The notes beneath the pieces were generated by a model. It did not search any database. It saw nothing but the letters and a program-made list of their open reading frames with translations, and was not told where the DNA came from. A stretch of DNA of 62,693 bases, the filler included, from Basidioascus undulatus (taxonomy: Eukaryota), in assembly GCA_000826855.1 (NCBI GenBank). It is 5 parts of 5 records of this genome, joined end to end, with 100 filler letters (N's around TTAATTAATTAA, not from the genome) between each part and the next. Parts side by side here need not be neighbours in the genome. Positions count along the whole stretch, not along the records: positions 1 to 28,904 come from JTLS01000140.1; 4 more parts are not named here. One strand, 5' to 3'. Below are positions 1 to 17,740 of the stretch, in pieces. The number at the start of each line of letters is the position of its first letter. Within the stretch, counting starts at the first letter, position 1. A program made the position numbers and the translations under genes.

Positions 1-648
1 TAGCCACTATACTACCAAAGAGTCACTACAGTGAGCTTCATCTATAAAGGGAATCTGTCACAATGGAGGCATAGCCCTGAAACATCGGGGAGAATAAGTT
101 CCCGGGCACACATCCTCTCAGTGGAGAAACCCAATTTCATCCGATATGAAGGATCTTAGCTAAAATGACTGTGGCAGGTTTCAAAGGAGATAGGCAGTGT
201 CTGGAATTGGTCGTCAGCTGCTGCTGCTTTGCTGTGCTGACCAGTTCCTCTTTTGCTTAAGAGCGAAACCATGATTTACCAGGAAAATACAAGAAACAAG
301 CCGCGCTGAGCGGACCTGGACCTCTGGAGTTTCCATTTTGCGGCTCTTCACCTGTGCCGAGAGCCAGGCCAGTACCAAGCAATGAAGCCATTCATATTGT
401 GAGCATTCTACGGACATTTCACCTTCGACCGTGCAGACGTGATCGGCAACGGTCATTCTGGTGCCGCCATTTAGGGGATGATGGGGCAGGGCAGGCATGA
501 AATGAGTTTAGAGGTCGTGCAGTCGTGTCTGAAGTAAGGTAGTGCGGAACAAATACGAAAAAGGGGGTATCAAGCGGCACAAATTTGCGAGGAGAGTGGA
601 CAGAGACACAACAGACGAAAGGAGACAAAAGAAGGACGAATAGGGCGC

Positions 649-3600
649 TTAGAACCACGACCGCTTCTTGAAGCCGAAGAGATCTTGAAGTTCACGCAGT
701 TAGTGGTGATGTCGCCGAGGAAACATCATGAGTGCAAGACGTACCGAGTAGATCGCTGACCGACTGCGAGAAGCCCTGCAACGCCTTGCCGGGCTTGCGG
801 ATAGGCTTGCCGACAATGGTGAGACTGCGCTTGACATTTCAGCAAAGCAGAAGAGTAAAGTAGGCAGCGAGAGAGACGCACGAATAAGCCGGCTTCGCGT
901 CGATCCAGATCGTGGCATTGACCGTCGGCTTCTCGCCGGTCGTGTCGACGTCGAAGGTAGTCCTGTCGATGAGACAGTCTTTAGTTCCAAGGAGTAGTAC
1001 ATATTCTGAAGATTCAGCGCGACGCACCACTTGTAGTTCCCAAGCGGGCTGTAGTTGAGGACCCTGTCCTCGGGCTCTAGGCTGGTCGTGCCGTTCTCGA
1101 GCGTGACGGCGCGGAAGTCAGAGTGCTTCTGCTTGAACGTCGTGATCGGCAGGTAGAACTGCGAAAGGGGCGAGGTGGAGAACTCGTAGATCGAGTCTCG
1201 CAGCGCGACAGCTGCGGCTTCGTGCCGATCCTGCCGGTGTGAAGGAGGCTGTCAGACTCGATCACGTTCAATTGAATATGAACGGTGCACGGACACCGGA
1301 AAGCAGGATGACGTTCGGTACGTTCTGCAACCAGTAGACTCAGCGATTGGAAAAGCCGAGCAGATGTGCATGAACTGACCTCGAGAACGTCGAGGAACCA
1401 CTGGCGCTCGTGCTTGAATCCGCCCCAAGTGTCAAGATGACCTGCCGCGCACACTTAATCAGCTTCCTACCGGAAGCGCAGAGCAAAGCAGACGCACCAT
1501 CAACGCCTCTCCAGAGCTGGGTGACCGGCACGGAGCTCGCTGGTCGTGGCCCACATAACGTCAGCGTTGCGTTGCGCGGTATCAGCGGGAGAGGGGCGCA
1601 CAGATGAACTTGAACGACGCGGTGTTGTTGACGCGCGAAAGCCATTCGAGTAAGGCGATCTTCTGCTGCTCGCCGAGAATCGTTTTCTCGGGTCCGTCCG
1701 CGTCGAAGTTGGGAGAGCGGTGCGTGCGGGTGTCGAGCGTGAAGAAAGCCTGCAAAAGCGCTTTAGTTCCATCTTTCGGGAAAGATTACTAGGCGAAGGA
1801 ACACTCACGATATCGCCATAGCTGATATGAATGACAGCGCCTGAGCGCAAGTACGCCGCGGAGAACGAGAAGGACTTACTCGAACGAGAAGTAGTGCTCG
1901 CCCTCGACTGCGGCGTCGGGGTTGCCCTCGCCTGAGCTCGGTTAAACGATCAGCCAAATAGACCTGCTGGAGATACGTTACTGCCGCCTTACCGTTGTAG
2001 CGCTGCCAAGCGTGCGTGATCGCTTGAGGGTACGGGTCCGCCTTGCCAGACGCCCAGTTGTTCTTGATCTGCCGCGCCCAAGATCGGGTAAACATGAAGA
2101 TCGCCGCAAGAAATGTTTAAACGGACGAACCTCATGATCGTCGTACATGTGGCTGTAGATATAAAATAAGCATGGTGACGACCAGCTGGGCATGTCGAGA
2201 GACGTACTAGGTCGGCAGCTGCTCGTACACCTTGCGGTGGCTCTCGCTCGCCATCGTCTGCCTGTAGAGACGCTGATAGTCTTTGAACAGTAGAATCAAT
2301 CGAATCAGTTCGGCGCCTTGAAAACGTGATTTGCTGTCGCCGAAGGCATACCTTCCCGTGTCGTGCCGATCGAAAGCGGGACGTCCGCATAGACTGGTGG
2401 TGCGGCGAGACATATTGAGCAGTTGGAGATGCAGAAGAGAGTAGGAAGACGCACCGAAGTCCCCGAGGAAGAGCAGGAAGCGGAGAGAGTGTTTCTTGAG
2501 GTGGTTCGCGAGGAGGTCGAACCCCTTGATGCGCAGCGGCTCGGTCAGCTGTTTGTGAAAGCTTCAGCTTCGGAAGGGCTTTGCGAAAGAAACGAGTACA
2601 CGCGCCTTGTACGGGAATCCGAGGTTCTGGAGTAGGCGCTCGGTAAGCAGGATGCCACAGTGAACAGTGCAATGGGAAACGCACGACACATGACGATGAA
2701 GCGAAAGAGAACTTGGTGCCGCTGCCGCTGCCGAATGAAGACTAAATCGGCACACAATGTGAGCGAACATACACATACACAACCGGGAAACGAGGCGTAG
2801 ACAAACAGGAGAAGTGAGGCGCGGATCAGGCGCAGTGCGCAACGGCAGCGGGCGATTGGGCACGGGCGTGAAGGAGCCATTCAGGTACGACAGGCGGTCT
2901 GGTGCGCGATAACCATGAGACTCATGGAACGGATGAGAGTGGGAGTCGGGGATAGTCAAATGCTTACACTCGTAGTCCGTCTCCGGGAACAGGTCCTGCA
3001 GCTTCACCGTCCCCACCCAGTCGTCCTCCTCCGCAGCCTCCCACACCGGCCCTTTCTCCCACTTGCCCTGCTTCGCGCAACCCACGCCCGCAGTCCGGTA
3101 CACGACCCTGACCTTCTCCGACTGGCCCTCCCACCCCTTGCCCGGGGCGGTCCAGTTGGCGGGCGGGAAGCGGACGACGACCTTGGCCTCCGTGGGCCCG
3201 ACGTGGCCGAGCCGGGCGAAGGTGACGCCGTGCGAGGGGAGGAAGAGGAGAGGCGTCCAGAGGAAGTCTTGAGTAGCGGTGAAGAGCGCGAGGTTGATAA
3301 AGAGCGAGAGGTAGTTGAGCGTGCGGGAGGAGGTCGGCGCGCCCAGGAGGACGGCGAGCAGAGCAGGGGTGGTGAACGGAGGTGGGGGGGTTGACGGACG
3401 GGCGTGGGTGGTCTACGAGGGATCGTCCGAGCTGGCCTGCGGTGCACCGGGGGACGCAGACAAACACAACGTACCTTGTAGTCCCCCTTGTCTGCATATC
3501 CATTCCCCTCCCCGTTCGCGCCGTGGGCATACCCATTCCCGTTCCCGTTCGCCTCAACCTTGACCGCCCTCGCCTGGCGCTCCCACTTCGTAACGGCCTT

Positions 3601-3818
3601 CTGCGCCAGCCACCATTGGGAGACATAAAGCGCGAAGAGCGTGGGCACAACGTATGCTCCACCTCGAGCGGGAATCTGACCGGGCACGTCCACCACGCAG
3701 CGCATTTGAGCGGAAGGAAGACCTTGCTACAGCCGGGACGCACCCATCGGAGGAAGATGTATACGACGAGTCGAAAGAGGATTGATATCGCAGTTGTTGA
3801 AGCCGTCAGCGCGCCCAT
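649..3818 (-). CDS. PhoD-family alkaline phosphatase/phosphodiesterase, fungal type with N-terminal hydrophobic segments (multi-exon)
   Basis: Spliced exons read MGALTASTTAISILFRLVVYIFLRW, FARLGHVGPTEAKVVVR, RIKGFDLL..FLLFLGDF, HMYDDHE, YGDIAFFTLDTRTHRS, DTWGGFKHER, EFSTSPLSQFYLP and end FGFKKRSWF* (stop 649-651). The GD and DDHE motifs are PhoD metal ligands. Confidence 0.88.
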
Positions 3819-4340
3819 GGCCTCCGGGGGTCTTTCGGGAAAATATGTGGGAATGGGAGGAGAAAAAGCTGAGCTTGCGGACGATGAACGGAGGGGAAGA
3901 CACAACTTCCCGCTTCGAGCTTCGACGCGTCCCGCCAAATGACGTGGGCTCAGTTTGCGCAATCGCCCTAAGTAGGCTCAACCGGGGCGGCGCGATTCTC
4001 TTCTGGGGCATACTAAATCGACTTTTGGCTTGACAATACCAAAAGATTAGAATAGTTCTTCATAAAGGTGTGGAAAGCGGAGCACACATTACAATGCGAC
4101 GAAAGGCGAGCTTGACAGGGCGTCACGTCAAGAGACTCGCGCCTGCGCCGAAGACGTCTTCCCCGTTCGCGTGTCAGTCCTCCTTCACCTTCTACGAGGA
4201 CTTGCTCCACTTCTTGGCTACTCGTACGCTAACGAGCATCGATACTTCATGCTCTGTAGAGGACTCACATACTTACTGTCATTTCGCACCTGCGCTTTCG
4301 CTCGATCTCAGGCTTGTCGTCTTTCGCCCGTTCATTTATC

Positions 4341-5948
4341 ATGTCCAAGCTTGACATCAACACTCGCGTGAAGGTCCGTCGGAGCTCGTGTATATGCTGT
4401 ATATGCTCGTAAAACCAGCCTGACACGGTGTTGCGCGACAGCTCCTGGATGGCAACACCATCCCGTACGTTGGCATGCGATGTCGCTCACAGACTCGCGG
4501 TGCTGAAAGATCCCGTCCACTTCGTTTCCAGGCAGCTTGGTTTCGGCACGTACGAGTCTGACGGGAAGGAGTGCTACAACTCCGTTCTGTGGGCTCTCGA
4601 GGCTGGGTGAGTCGATGACCCTTATCAGCCTATGCCGTGCGGTCGCTCAATCTTGAACGCAGATACCGTCACATCGACACCGCAGAATGGTCAGCGCTCA
4701 AGCCTCATGAGGTGACTGCTCCGGTCTCGCAGAAGTGCTGAAGTCGGCGGCACGGGGCAGGTATGAGAACGAGGCGGAGACGGGCGCCGCCATCCGGGAC
4801 TTCATTAAGTCCTCCGGTGTCACCCGGGAGGAGATCTTCTACACGACCAAGCTCAAGGTCAACGGCGGATATGAGCACGTCAAGAAGGCCATTCGGAAGA
4901 GCCTGAAAGAGGCAGGGTTGGACTACCTTGACCTTTGTGCGCACGGATTCCTCCTCTTTGTTAAGAATTCGCGGCTGACACTGCCGCTCGCTCAGACCGT
5001 GCGCTGCATTTTTGCTGACGGCCGTCATTTCCCAAGTAACTGACGAGGATACCCGCAGTCGTCCACGGCCCGTACCCGGACAAGGAGGCGCGCCTCGCCT
5101 CGTGGAAGGCGATCGAGGAGGCCGTGCAGGAGGGCCTGATCAAGTCGGCGGGCGTCAGCAACTACGCTGTGCGCGTCATCTTCGCCGCTCTACCGCACTT
5201 GTCAATTGCTGACTGTGCGGCTCTGCAGATCCGCCACCTTGAGGAGCTCTACGCTACGAACCCGAAGGTCCTCCCTGCGATCAACCAGATTGACGTGCAC
5301 CCCTTTAGTACGCTTCATCCGCTCGTGTCATTCGCTCGCTACTCACTCTGCCCTGATCTTCAGTGACCCGCGAGAAGGAGGTTGAGTTCAACAAGAAGCA
5401 CAACATTGCGATCGAGGCACGTCGCGGACTGCGCTCTTGTCCCACCTCGACACCGCGGTCTGACCCGTCTCAGAACAGGCTTGGGGTCCTCTCGCGCGTG
5501 CGATGCGCTTCAACAACCCGACACTCCAGTCGATCGCGAAGAAGTACAGCAAAGTGCGTTCGCTCCGTACGCCATCGTGCATCGTAGCCTGCTGCTGACG
5601 CGTGGACGGCCCCTGCAGAGCCCTGCCCAGGTCCTCATCCGTTGGTCCCTCCAAAAGGGTTACATCCCTCTGCCGAAGAGCGTCACCAAGGAGCGTGTCA
5701 TCGCGAACACGCAGGTGTTCGACTTTGAGCTGACGTCGGACGAGGTGGAGACGCTGAGCGGTCTCGACGAGTGTGCGTCTTTGATCGCTGCTGAATTTGT
5801 GCATGTCCTCAACGCTGACTGATCTCCCGGTGGACGTCGATTTACAGACCTCGTCACTGACTGGTCCGTGCTCGCTTCGCGCTTTCTCGTTCCTGAGCTT
5901 GACTGACTATCCGTATGCAGGGACCCCATTGGCGACTCTTCTGTTTGA
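4341..5948 (+). CDS. Aldo-keto reductase (multi-exon)
   Basis: Exons: MSKLDINTRVK|LLDGNTIPQLGFGTY, AGYRHIDTAEW|YENE, EIFYTTKL, GLIKSAGVSNY, PAINQIDVHPF, QVLIRWSLQKGYIPLPKS, ending DPIGDSSV*. Confidence 0.93.
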
Positions 5949-6042
5949 GATGTTGGAGCTTGTCTTCGACGTTGCCGCAAAATCATCGGATTCGGACCAA
6001 TACAACAAGAAGTACATGTGTGCATGATGCGTGCTACCCCGT

Positions 6043-9000
6043 CTACTCGAAAATACGGGTGATCTCCACGACCTGATAGAGCGGCTCGTGGAACACCCAA
6101 GAGAAGCTCAGCAACGGCGGCGAATCCTATCATTTCGATTAGAATCATCAGCGGATGCCTGAATATCGGATGGAAAACGTTAAAGCCTGACAATGTCCTC
6201 CCACTCATCCTCGTCTTCTTCGCCCGTCCACGCCCACGAGGCCGTCTCCATCGTCGATATCGTCTCTCGCGGGCCAGCAAATCTAGGACAGCACACCAAT
6301 TCAGCAACGATAGAGCAATGCGAGGAAAGGTCGACTTTCCCGGTGTGCGGCCACCGCGAAACTTTGCAGAGGCGTGTACTTGCTCACGATGTCCTTGGCC
6401 TGGCGAAGATATCGATACCGGACCTCCTCGTACGCGTTTCGCGGAGGTTCCTGTCAGTACATTGATCAGCTTGTGCATCGTCAGTCGTGACCGTTGCAGC
6501 GTGCATACCCGGAGAGCCTTGTCCTTCATCTTCCTGCGCTTGTCCGGCAGCGCGACGCCGCTGACGAGCTCCGCCTCGGACACGCGGTACTTGCGCAGAA
6601 GACCTCCAAGATCGAGGTCGTAGCCCGCTTGAGATCGCCGGCTTTCTCCATTATCCCGTGCGGGAAGGGGAACAGCCCGAACTTCTGGTCGTAGTATGCA
6701 TATGCTGGGATTGTATTCGGGCCTGTGACCCATGAGAGACTGCCGTGAGCTATTGAAGGACGGTGAGAACAGATGCGCGGCTGCGCTCTTACTCGGGGTC
6801 GATGCGGCGGAACATCTTTCCCAGCCCTTTCTCGGTTGGATAAACGGTGATCTGCGGACCACACGATATGCGTCAGAGAGAACCCCTCGCAAGCACCAAC
6901 AAATGGCGCTTACTCTAGGATTATGTTCCTACACAGGCGAGGCGAGCGTTGAGCATTGACATCTGGCGGCAACAACTGGCAAACTCACTTTCATAAAGTC
7001 GGGCCACTCCTTCAGGCGGAGCTTCTCGCTAAGCGTAGCGAAAATGCCCGTCTTGGTGTAGTCCGCGGCCGCCGACGCCTCTCTTGCGAGCTCAAGACAC
7101 TCCGGGGACATGGGCGTCGTGCGGTCAGCCCACCGCATATGGTGATGAGATATTGGCCCTAGAATGTCGTTCTTGTCGAGGCAGGCGGGTGAGCATACTG
7201 TCTCAACCCGAGAAGGCTTTTACCCACGAAGATGTATTCGGCAAAGAACTGCGTGCATTTTTAGTGTGCGGCCGATACCCAGAACATGTTGCCAGTGAAT
7301 GCTGCCCTCACCTTGTGGATGTTTCGAAGTTCGACGTGAGGGATAACCACTGGCTCCGGGGACGTGTACTCCATCGGTGAAGCTTGGAGTCTGTGTTCGA
7401 CTTCAGTTAGTCAGACCGCTTGGACGTGTTTCCGGCTGTTAACGTACGGGTGGAATGAGGTACCTTGTAGGGGTGAGGGAAAGTCAGCTCTACCAGGCCC
7501 CATACAGAAAAGCCTTAACGGACGTACTTGTTCCAAATGATGATTAAGGTGTCTCCATCTATGCAACAAGCATGCACGGCTGCGTCAGCTCGCACATCCT
7601 CATCAGCACAGTCCTCTCCAACGCACCAAGATCGCCGCCGGACAGCCTGCAAGAAACTGCATCAGTTTGAGCGCACCATGGTATTATCGCACAAGAAACG
7701 GACATGTTCGGTAGAGCACGGTTCCCCGCGGTGTTAAAGATTATCACGTTTGGAGTTCAGACGTCGCAGAACTTCGTTGTCCACAGCTCTTACGTTGCGG
7801 ATGTCGCCCGGAGGGTTCAATTCCAAATAATTAGAGACCGGCATTGCACTGTAGACCAGGACGCACGAGATGGGCTACGGAAGATGCAAACGCCTCAGAC
7901 GCCGCCGGTGATGACCTGCAAGTGGCGATCAGCCCGAGCGTCCCTGTGTAAACAGAGTATAGGACTACCGTTGGCTTCTCGTCCTCGGGCTTGCCAATTT
8001 GGCAGAAATTTCTCCCTCTTATCACCCAATACCTTAGCACCCGTCAAGATCGACGCGTCGCAGAGAAAGAGTTGCACACCTGGAGAACGCCGAACTCGTC
8101 CCTGGATTCTGTATCAGTAAATAGTACCGTGCGACTCTCAAACTGGCCGTAGACGCACGGTATGCCGAAAAGGTAAGCCTCTTGTGCGATGGGATCCGAG
8201 CCTTCCACTTCAGATCGACAGGCAAACGCGTTTCGAGCTGAAAGAAGACGTGAGTCGCCCTTCTGGGTGATCACGAATCAAGACATACCAAGCGCGTAAT
8301 GCTACGTATCATCGGGTCGTGGCCAAACTTCACCCGCAATATCTCACGCATGGGGAACTGACGGAGACAATTGCGCTCAGCGTGGCGTGCGATAAGGTAA
8401 AGCATGGAAACCGCTCACGTTGGTCTGCTTGAGCACGGAATAATGCTCATCCCTGATCTCGCCCGGAAGAACCTCTTTAGCTTATCCTTGAACAAAGCCG
8501 CTTCTTACCGCAAGACGCACCCTTTACGCCTATGATTCGGATCTGCACAGCGGCGGGGCGGGAATCCCATTTCCCTGTCTTGCCCAGGACGCCAGCACAC
8601 TCGGCCAGCAGATCAAGACGCGCCACTCCCGCTCCGTCGATGAAGACACTGAACGAGACAAACATTAAAGGGATTAGGCATGCCCAAGTCGCACTTGACC
8701 CCTCGAAACACGTACTAGCCGTTCCGCTCGACGTCCGCAATCCACGTTAGGTTTTTAATCTCCTTGATCTCGAGTGGCCGAGAACCACTTGTTGCTTTTC
8801 AAAGCTCAGAGCAAGCGACTCTACATCTGCGGAGAACGTACCATGCCCATGCGCGCCGCAGTTTTGGCAACCGTCTGCAAGGAGCGTGTGAGCACCGCTT
8901 TGGCTGAATGAAGCGGCGCATCTGACCTTCTCTCTGATATATTCGTAACCAAACCTCTTGCGGATCGAATCAGCAGTGAAGTCGCCTGCGGACCCTCATG

Positions 9001-11197
9001 TCAGCGAAATGCGCGACAACGCGGAGGAAGACGATGTACCGGTTTCGGTGACCATCCAGAAGCTATGCTCCTTCAGCTGGCTTCTCCGAACGCCAAGAAC
9101 ACGTATTTCCTGGATGCGCAAAGTGAGCACCAAAGGCACAGTCTACCGGATCAGACCCAGACATACCGACCGCCTGCCTCGATTCCCTCCGAGAGTGCGC
9201 GCCTTACGCGACCGAACAGTCCGGATGTGGATCGTAGATGTCGGCGTCCCGCGATTCGAGATTGGTCGGGATGCGGTCGTCCTCGTCGGTAACCTTGCAG
9301 GAAAGACGGCTTTTAGTGTCAGGGCAAGTGCAGCAAATGAGATCTACGCACCTGAACACGCAGGAAGCGGTCTTGATATTGGGGGTATTCGCGAAGGACA
9401 CGGTTGCTGCTGATGACCTCGGGCGGGAAGAGAAGAAGACGGGTGGCTGTATGTGCAGGCATCAGTCACGGCACACCGACGTATACCACATTGCACGTAC
9501 GGGTCAAGACCGCCTTTCTGCTGAAGGCAAGACCGGGAGGATAGTCTCGCTCCTTGGAGGCGAAGACCTTTTTGACGTGGGCTGACGACATGCGCGTCAG
9601 CATCGGTACGACATGCTGGACAGTCAACGACTTACCTTAGAAATTGTCCGGATTTGGTGTGCGCTCGAACCGAAAATATGCGAGACGCAGTCTCTGCCAA
9701 TTGTCCCTTGGCTGCTTCACGAGCGCCTGGCCGAACTGCACGAGCTCCTGCGCCCAGATCACACCTTGCGAGAAGAGACTCAATAAGCCAGTCGATCTCG
9801 TACGGAAGCGGGTTGGACTGCGCCTGCGCATCGTACGGAGATATGGGCGAGACCGTGCGCGTGAGCGGTCGAGCGGTTCAGGAGCGACTCGTCTTCGAAA
9901 GCGCGCATGACGTCGAGAGCTTGGTAGAGCTGTGGTGACCGGTTGCGAGTGATGTCAACAGGACTGGTGCTGAGGATGCCGCACCTGGTCGAACTTGGGC
10001 GTCGACATGTGGAAGAGAAGACGATATGACAGGCAGGCGCCGAGCTGGATGATCTGCATCAGTTTATGGGGGCATTCCTGTTCGACCGAATACCGCTCAC
10101 ATTGACCACCGAGTCCGAATGCCCAAGACGCTCACAGCTCCCGAAAACCTCGGTATGACCCCTCTCGCCGGCGCTGTTTATCAAAGGGATAAGCGCTCTG
10201 CATGGCCGGGGAGCGGCAAGGAAGCGCATACAAGTCCATCTCGGTCGCGCGCCTCCTGCTCTCGTCCGTAAGGACGATCCAGAACTTCGGCGGACACAAA
10301 AGCGTGATGATGAGCTCGACGTCCCTGCAGCCCCTCCGAGGTGTCAGCGCGTTCCAAGGGGACGGACACATCATCTCGTCTTCGCCACGGACCTACCCTT
10401 GCCAGTCAGCGACCTGGGGCCGGAGAGGCGGATGCCGCGAGGGGCGATGTCACTGTAAAAGAAGTTCGCCTGTGGTATGAAAGCAAACTCGGTGAGCCCG
10501 CAACGTAATACGTAGGAGCACAAGTGAGCTCACGTCGAAGGGGTGGAACGCAGGCAGCGACGAGTTGAACGAGAGTCTCCAAAAAACGGTCTTTCTTGTG
10601 GCGTTGATACCGAAGTTACTGGGGCGGCTGGATGAACCGCATAGAAGTGCGTGAGAGGGGCTCATGGACGGGAACATGGCTTGCCGCCGAGTTGGGCTCA
10701 CATTTGGCGCTCGTGGGTCGATTGCGGACGCACCACGTTCCCGCCTCAGCTGGCATAGAACGTGTCTTTGAGGTTCCGGCCGATCGAAATGCTCCAGGGA
10801 TCGAAGTTGACGACCTGGTCGCGCTGAATCGCACTCAACGGGGGAGCGCTTGCGAGTCCGGCCATGATGAGGCCTCGAGACGACGACGGAGGAAGTACGC
10901 TCCCGCGGGAGTCCCGCCCGCAGACAGTAGAGCTTCGAGAGCGAAAGGTGGATCTCCCCGACGATTTGAGGAGCGTGAGCGTGAGTGGTGAGTGAACAAT
11001 GAGGAATAGTCTCCAAATGCACACTGCGGATCGTAATGTGAGTGGGATCAAAAGCAGCTTCGCAAGTTGCATGCGGTCTGTCGTCCCGCCCGGGCTTGAC
11101 GGGTCCTCTAACACTTGCCAAAATTGCGTTGTAAATGACACACTCTCGCAGTGTCGCTCTAGATTGATACACCAATGTTTGCCACAAGGAAATGCAT
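6043..11197 (-). CDS. Eukaryotic RNA-dependent RNA polymerase of the RNAi pathway (multi-exon; 5' end approximate)
   Basis: Minus-strand exons in canonical order: PEVISSNRVLREYPQYQDRFLRV, YVFLAFGESQLKEHSFW, FIDGAG, AAVQIRIIGVKG, AYLFGIP..DEFGVLQ, LSGGDL|DGDTLIIIW (catalytic DLDGD), CLELAREASAAADYTKTG..LKEWPDFM, YRVSEAELVSG, ending PLLSFSWVF...IFE* (stop 6043-6045). Confidence 0.92.
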
Positions 11198-12012
11198 GGA
11201 AAAGTACACCAGGTATGTGAAAGACTGTTCGCTGTGTTTGGCGAAGGACGCCGCGCGGAGAAGACGAGCGATGCTCGGCCGCGCGACGGTCAACCGCCAA
11301 CTCAGCAAGAAAGAAGAGCGCCGCCGTCCAAAACGGAGTAGCAACGCTCAAGGGGGTATGATCTTCCGCTGTTATGACTCGTCGCTCTCCTATGAACAGC
11401 TGAAAGGCTGGTGAGGATCCGCTTGGGCGCATCTCGCGAGAGGCGCCGGATCCTCAGGAGAGGAGGAAAGGACGGCGGGGGTAGGAGAGAATTGTAAAGA
11501 TACGAATGTGTGGATATGGATGTTTTAAGAAAAATGAGGAGAATATTGTGCATGAGGCTGCGTAGATACAGTCTTCCTGACAGGCCTACCACACCCACAC
11601 TCTGCTCGGTCAGCACGACGCACAGCATGCCAAGCCAGATACCCGCAATCAGAGAATCGCTCACCTCCTGTGGTAACCCCAGCTCTTGATGAAGAAAGCC
11701 TTCAAGTACGTGCCGATGCTGAGCCGCAACTGTCGAAGAACGAAAGATGGGAGAAGGGAGGAGGAAAGAGAGGGCAGAGGGAAGACGAGATGCCTTCGGA
11801 GGCCGGCCTTGGAATTCATAGCCTTCTGATAGCCTCGCGTTGGGAGGGCTCCGCGGCGCGCTCTCGCTTGGGAGTCTCCCTCCACCGTCACTCTCTTTCG
11901 CCTGTCCGCCCCTACGCCGCCCTCCTCCTCCCCGTATCGCCCTATAGACTCCTTTTCCAGCACAGGGCGACTCACAGTATCATATCTGCAATTACCCGCG
12001 GCGACTTGCAGC

Positions 12013-16832
<4,820 letters not shown>

Positions 16833-17740
16833 TCCTTGCCTTTCGATGCAATTCCTTCCCGTCTTTCGCTTTGCATTCATCGTCCCCGTCTGTTGCCGCA
16901 TTTGTTCTTCCTCCCTCTTTGTCTTCCTTACGCTCTCCTTGCTCTGCGGTCGCGCACAGTCTTGTATCTTGATGTCAATACCCCTGAAAATGGCACACGG
17001 TGCAAATGATGTCGAGTGATCTGGTACCTGTGAGGCCACCGGCTATTGCGAAGCCGGTGCGGTGCCTTTCATTGATACCGCATTTGGGGTACAATTTCGT
17101 CCTCATCGCCGTGGTGCGGGGCAGTGTGGGGAGATGGAGCAATCCGCGCGTGAAGACGGTCAACAGCCAACAGCGCCGCTGAGCGCGGGCGCCGGGTGCC
17201 CGAGGCCGATGTCGTCCTCGAAATTCCACACGGTTCGAGGAGCGTATCGACTGGTTACACAAACTGCTTTCTCATTGTGCAGCGCTGCATCTCAGTAGAC
17301 CCTCTCCCTGTCTCCACTTTTGATTGAGCTGAGGATCAAGTCGTCAGAAAGAGAAGTGAAGATCAGCTACTGGTGGTCGTCCTTGGGCCCTGAGCGTTCC
17401 TGACACGTGCTTCGGTGAAACCCTCGGGTGGCCCGGGGCTTGGCCATGCCCGTTTTCTCCGCCCGGACTCGCACAAACTCGCAGTTACCTTCCAGACCTC
17501 GCTGACTGCTTCGCACACATCTCCTCCGAGAGGTTCTCAAATGATGCTGACTTTCGTAGAGCGGGCGCCGTATGTCGGGACGGAATACAAAAAGGAGAAC
17601 GCGCGCGGTCTCATCTGTTCCACCCACACCCCTCGCCACCGCTCGTGACAGCCCTTTCGACACTCACTGCGACTCTTTCACCTTCGCGAACCACACGCCC
17701 ATCTTTAAACCTCATCTAACTCACTCACTCTCACCTCAAT

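Noticed and set aside
5660..6892. 410-aa minus-strand ORF as a separate gene
   Set aside because: It is a read-through of one real RdRP exon plus introns and the antisense of the AKR 3' end.
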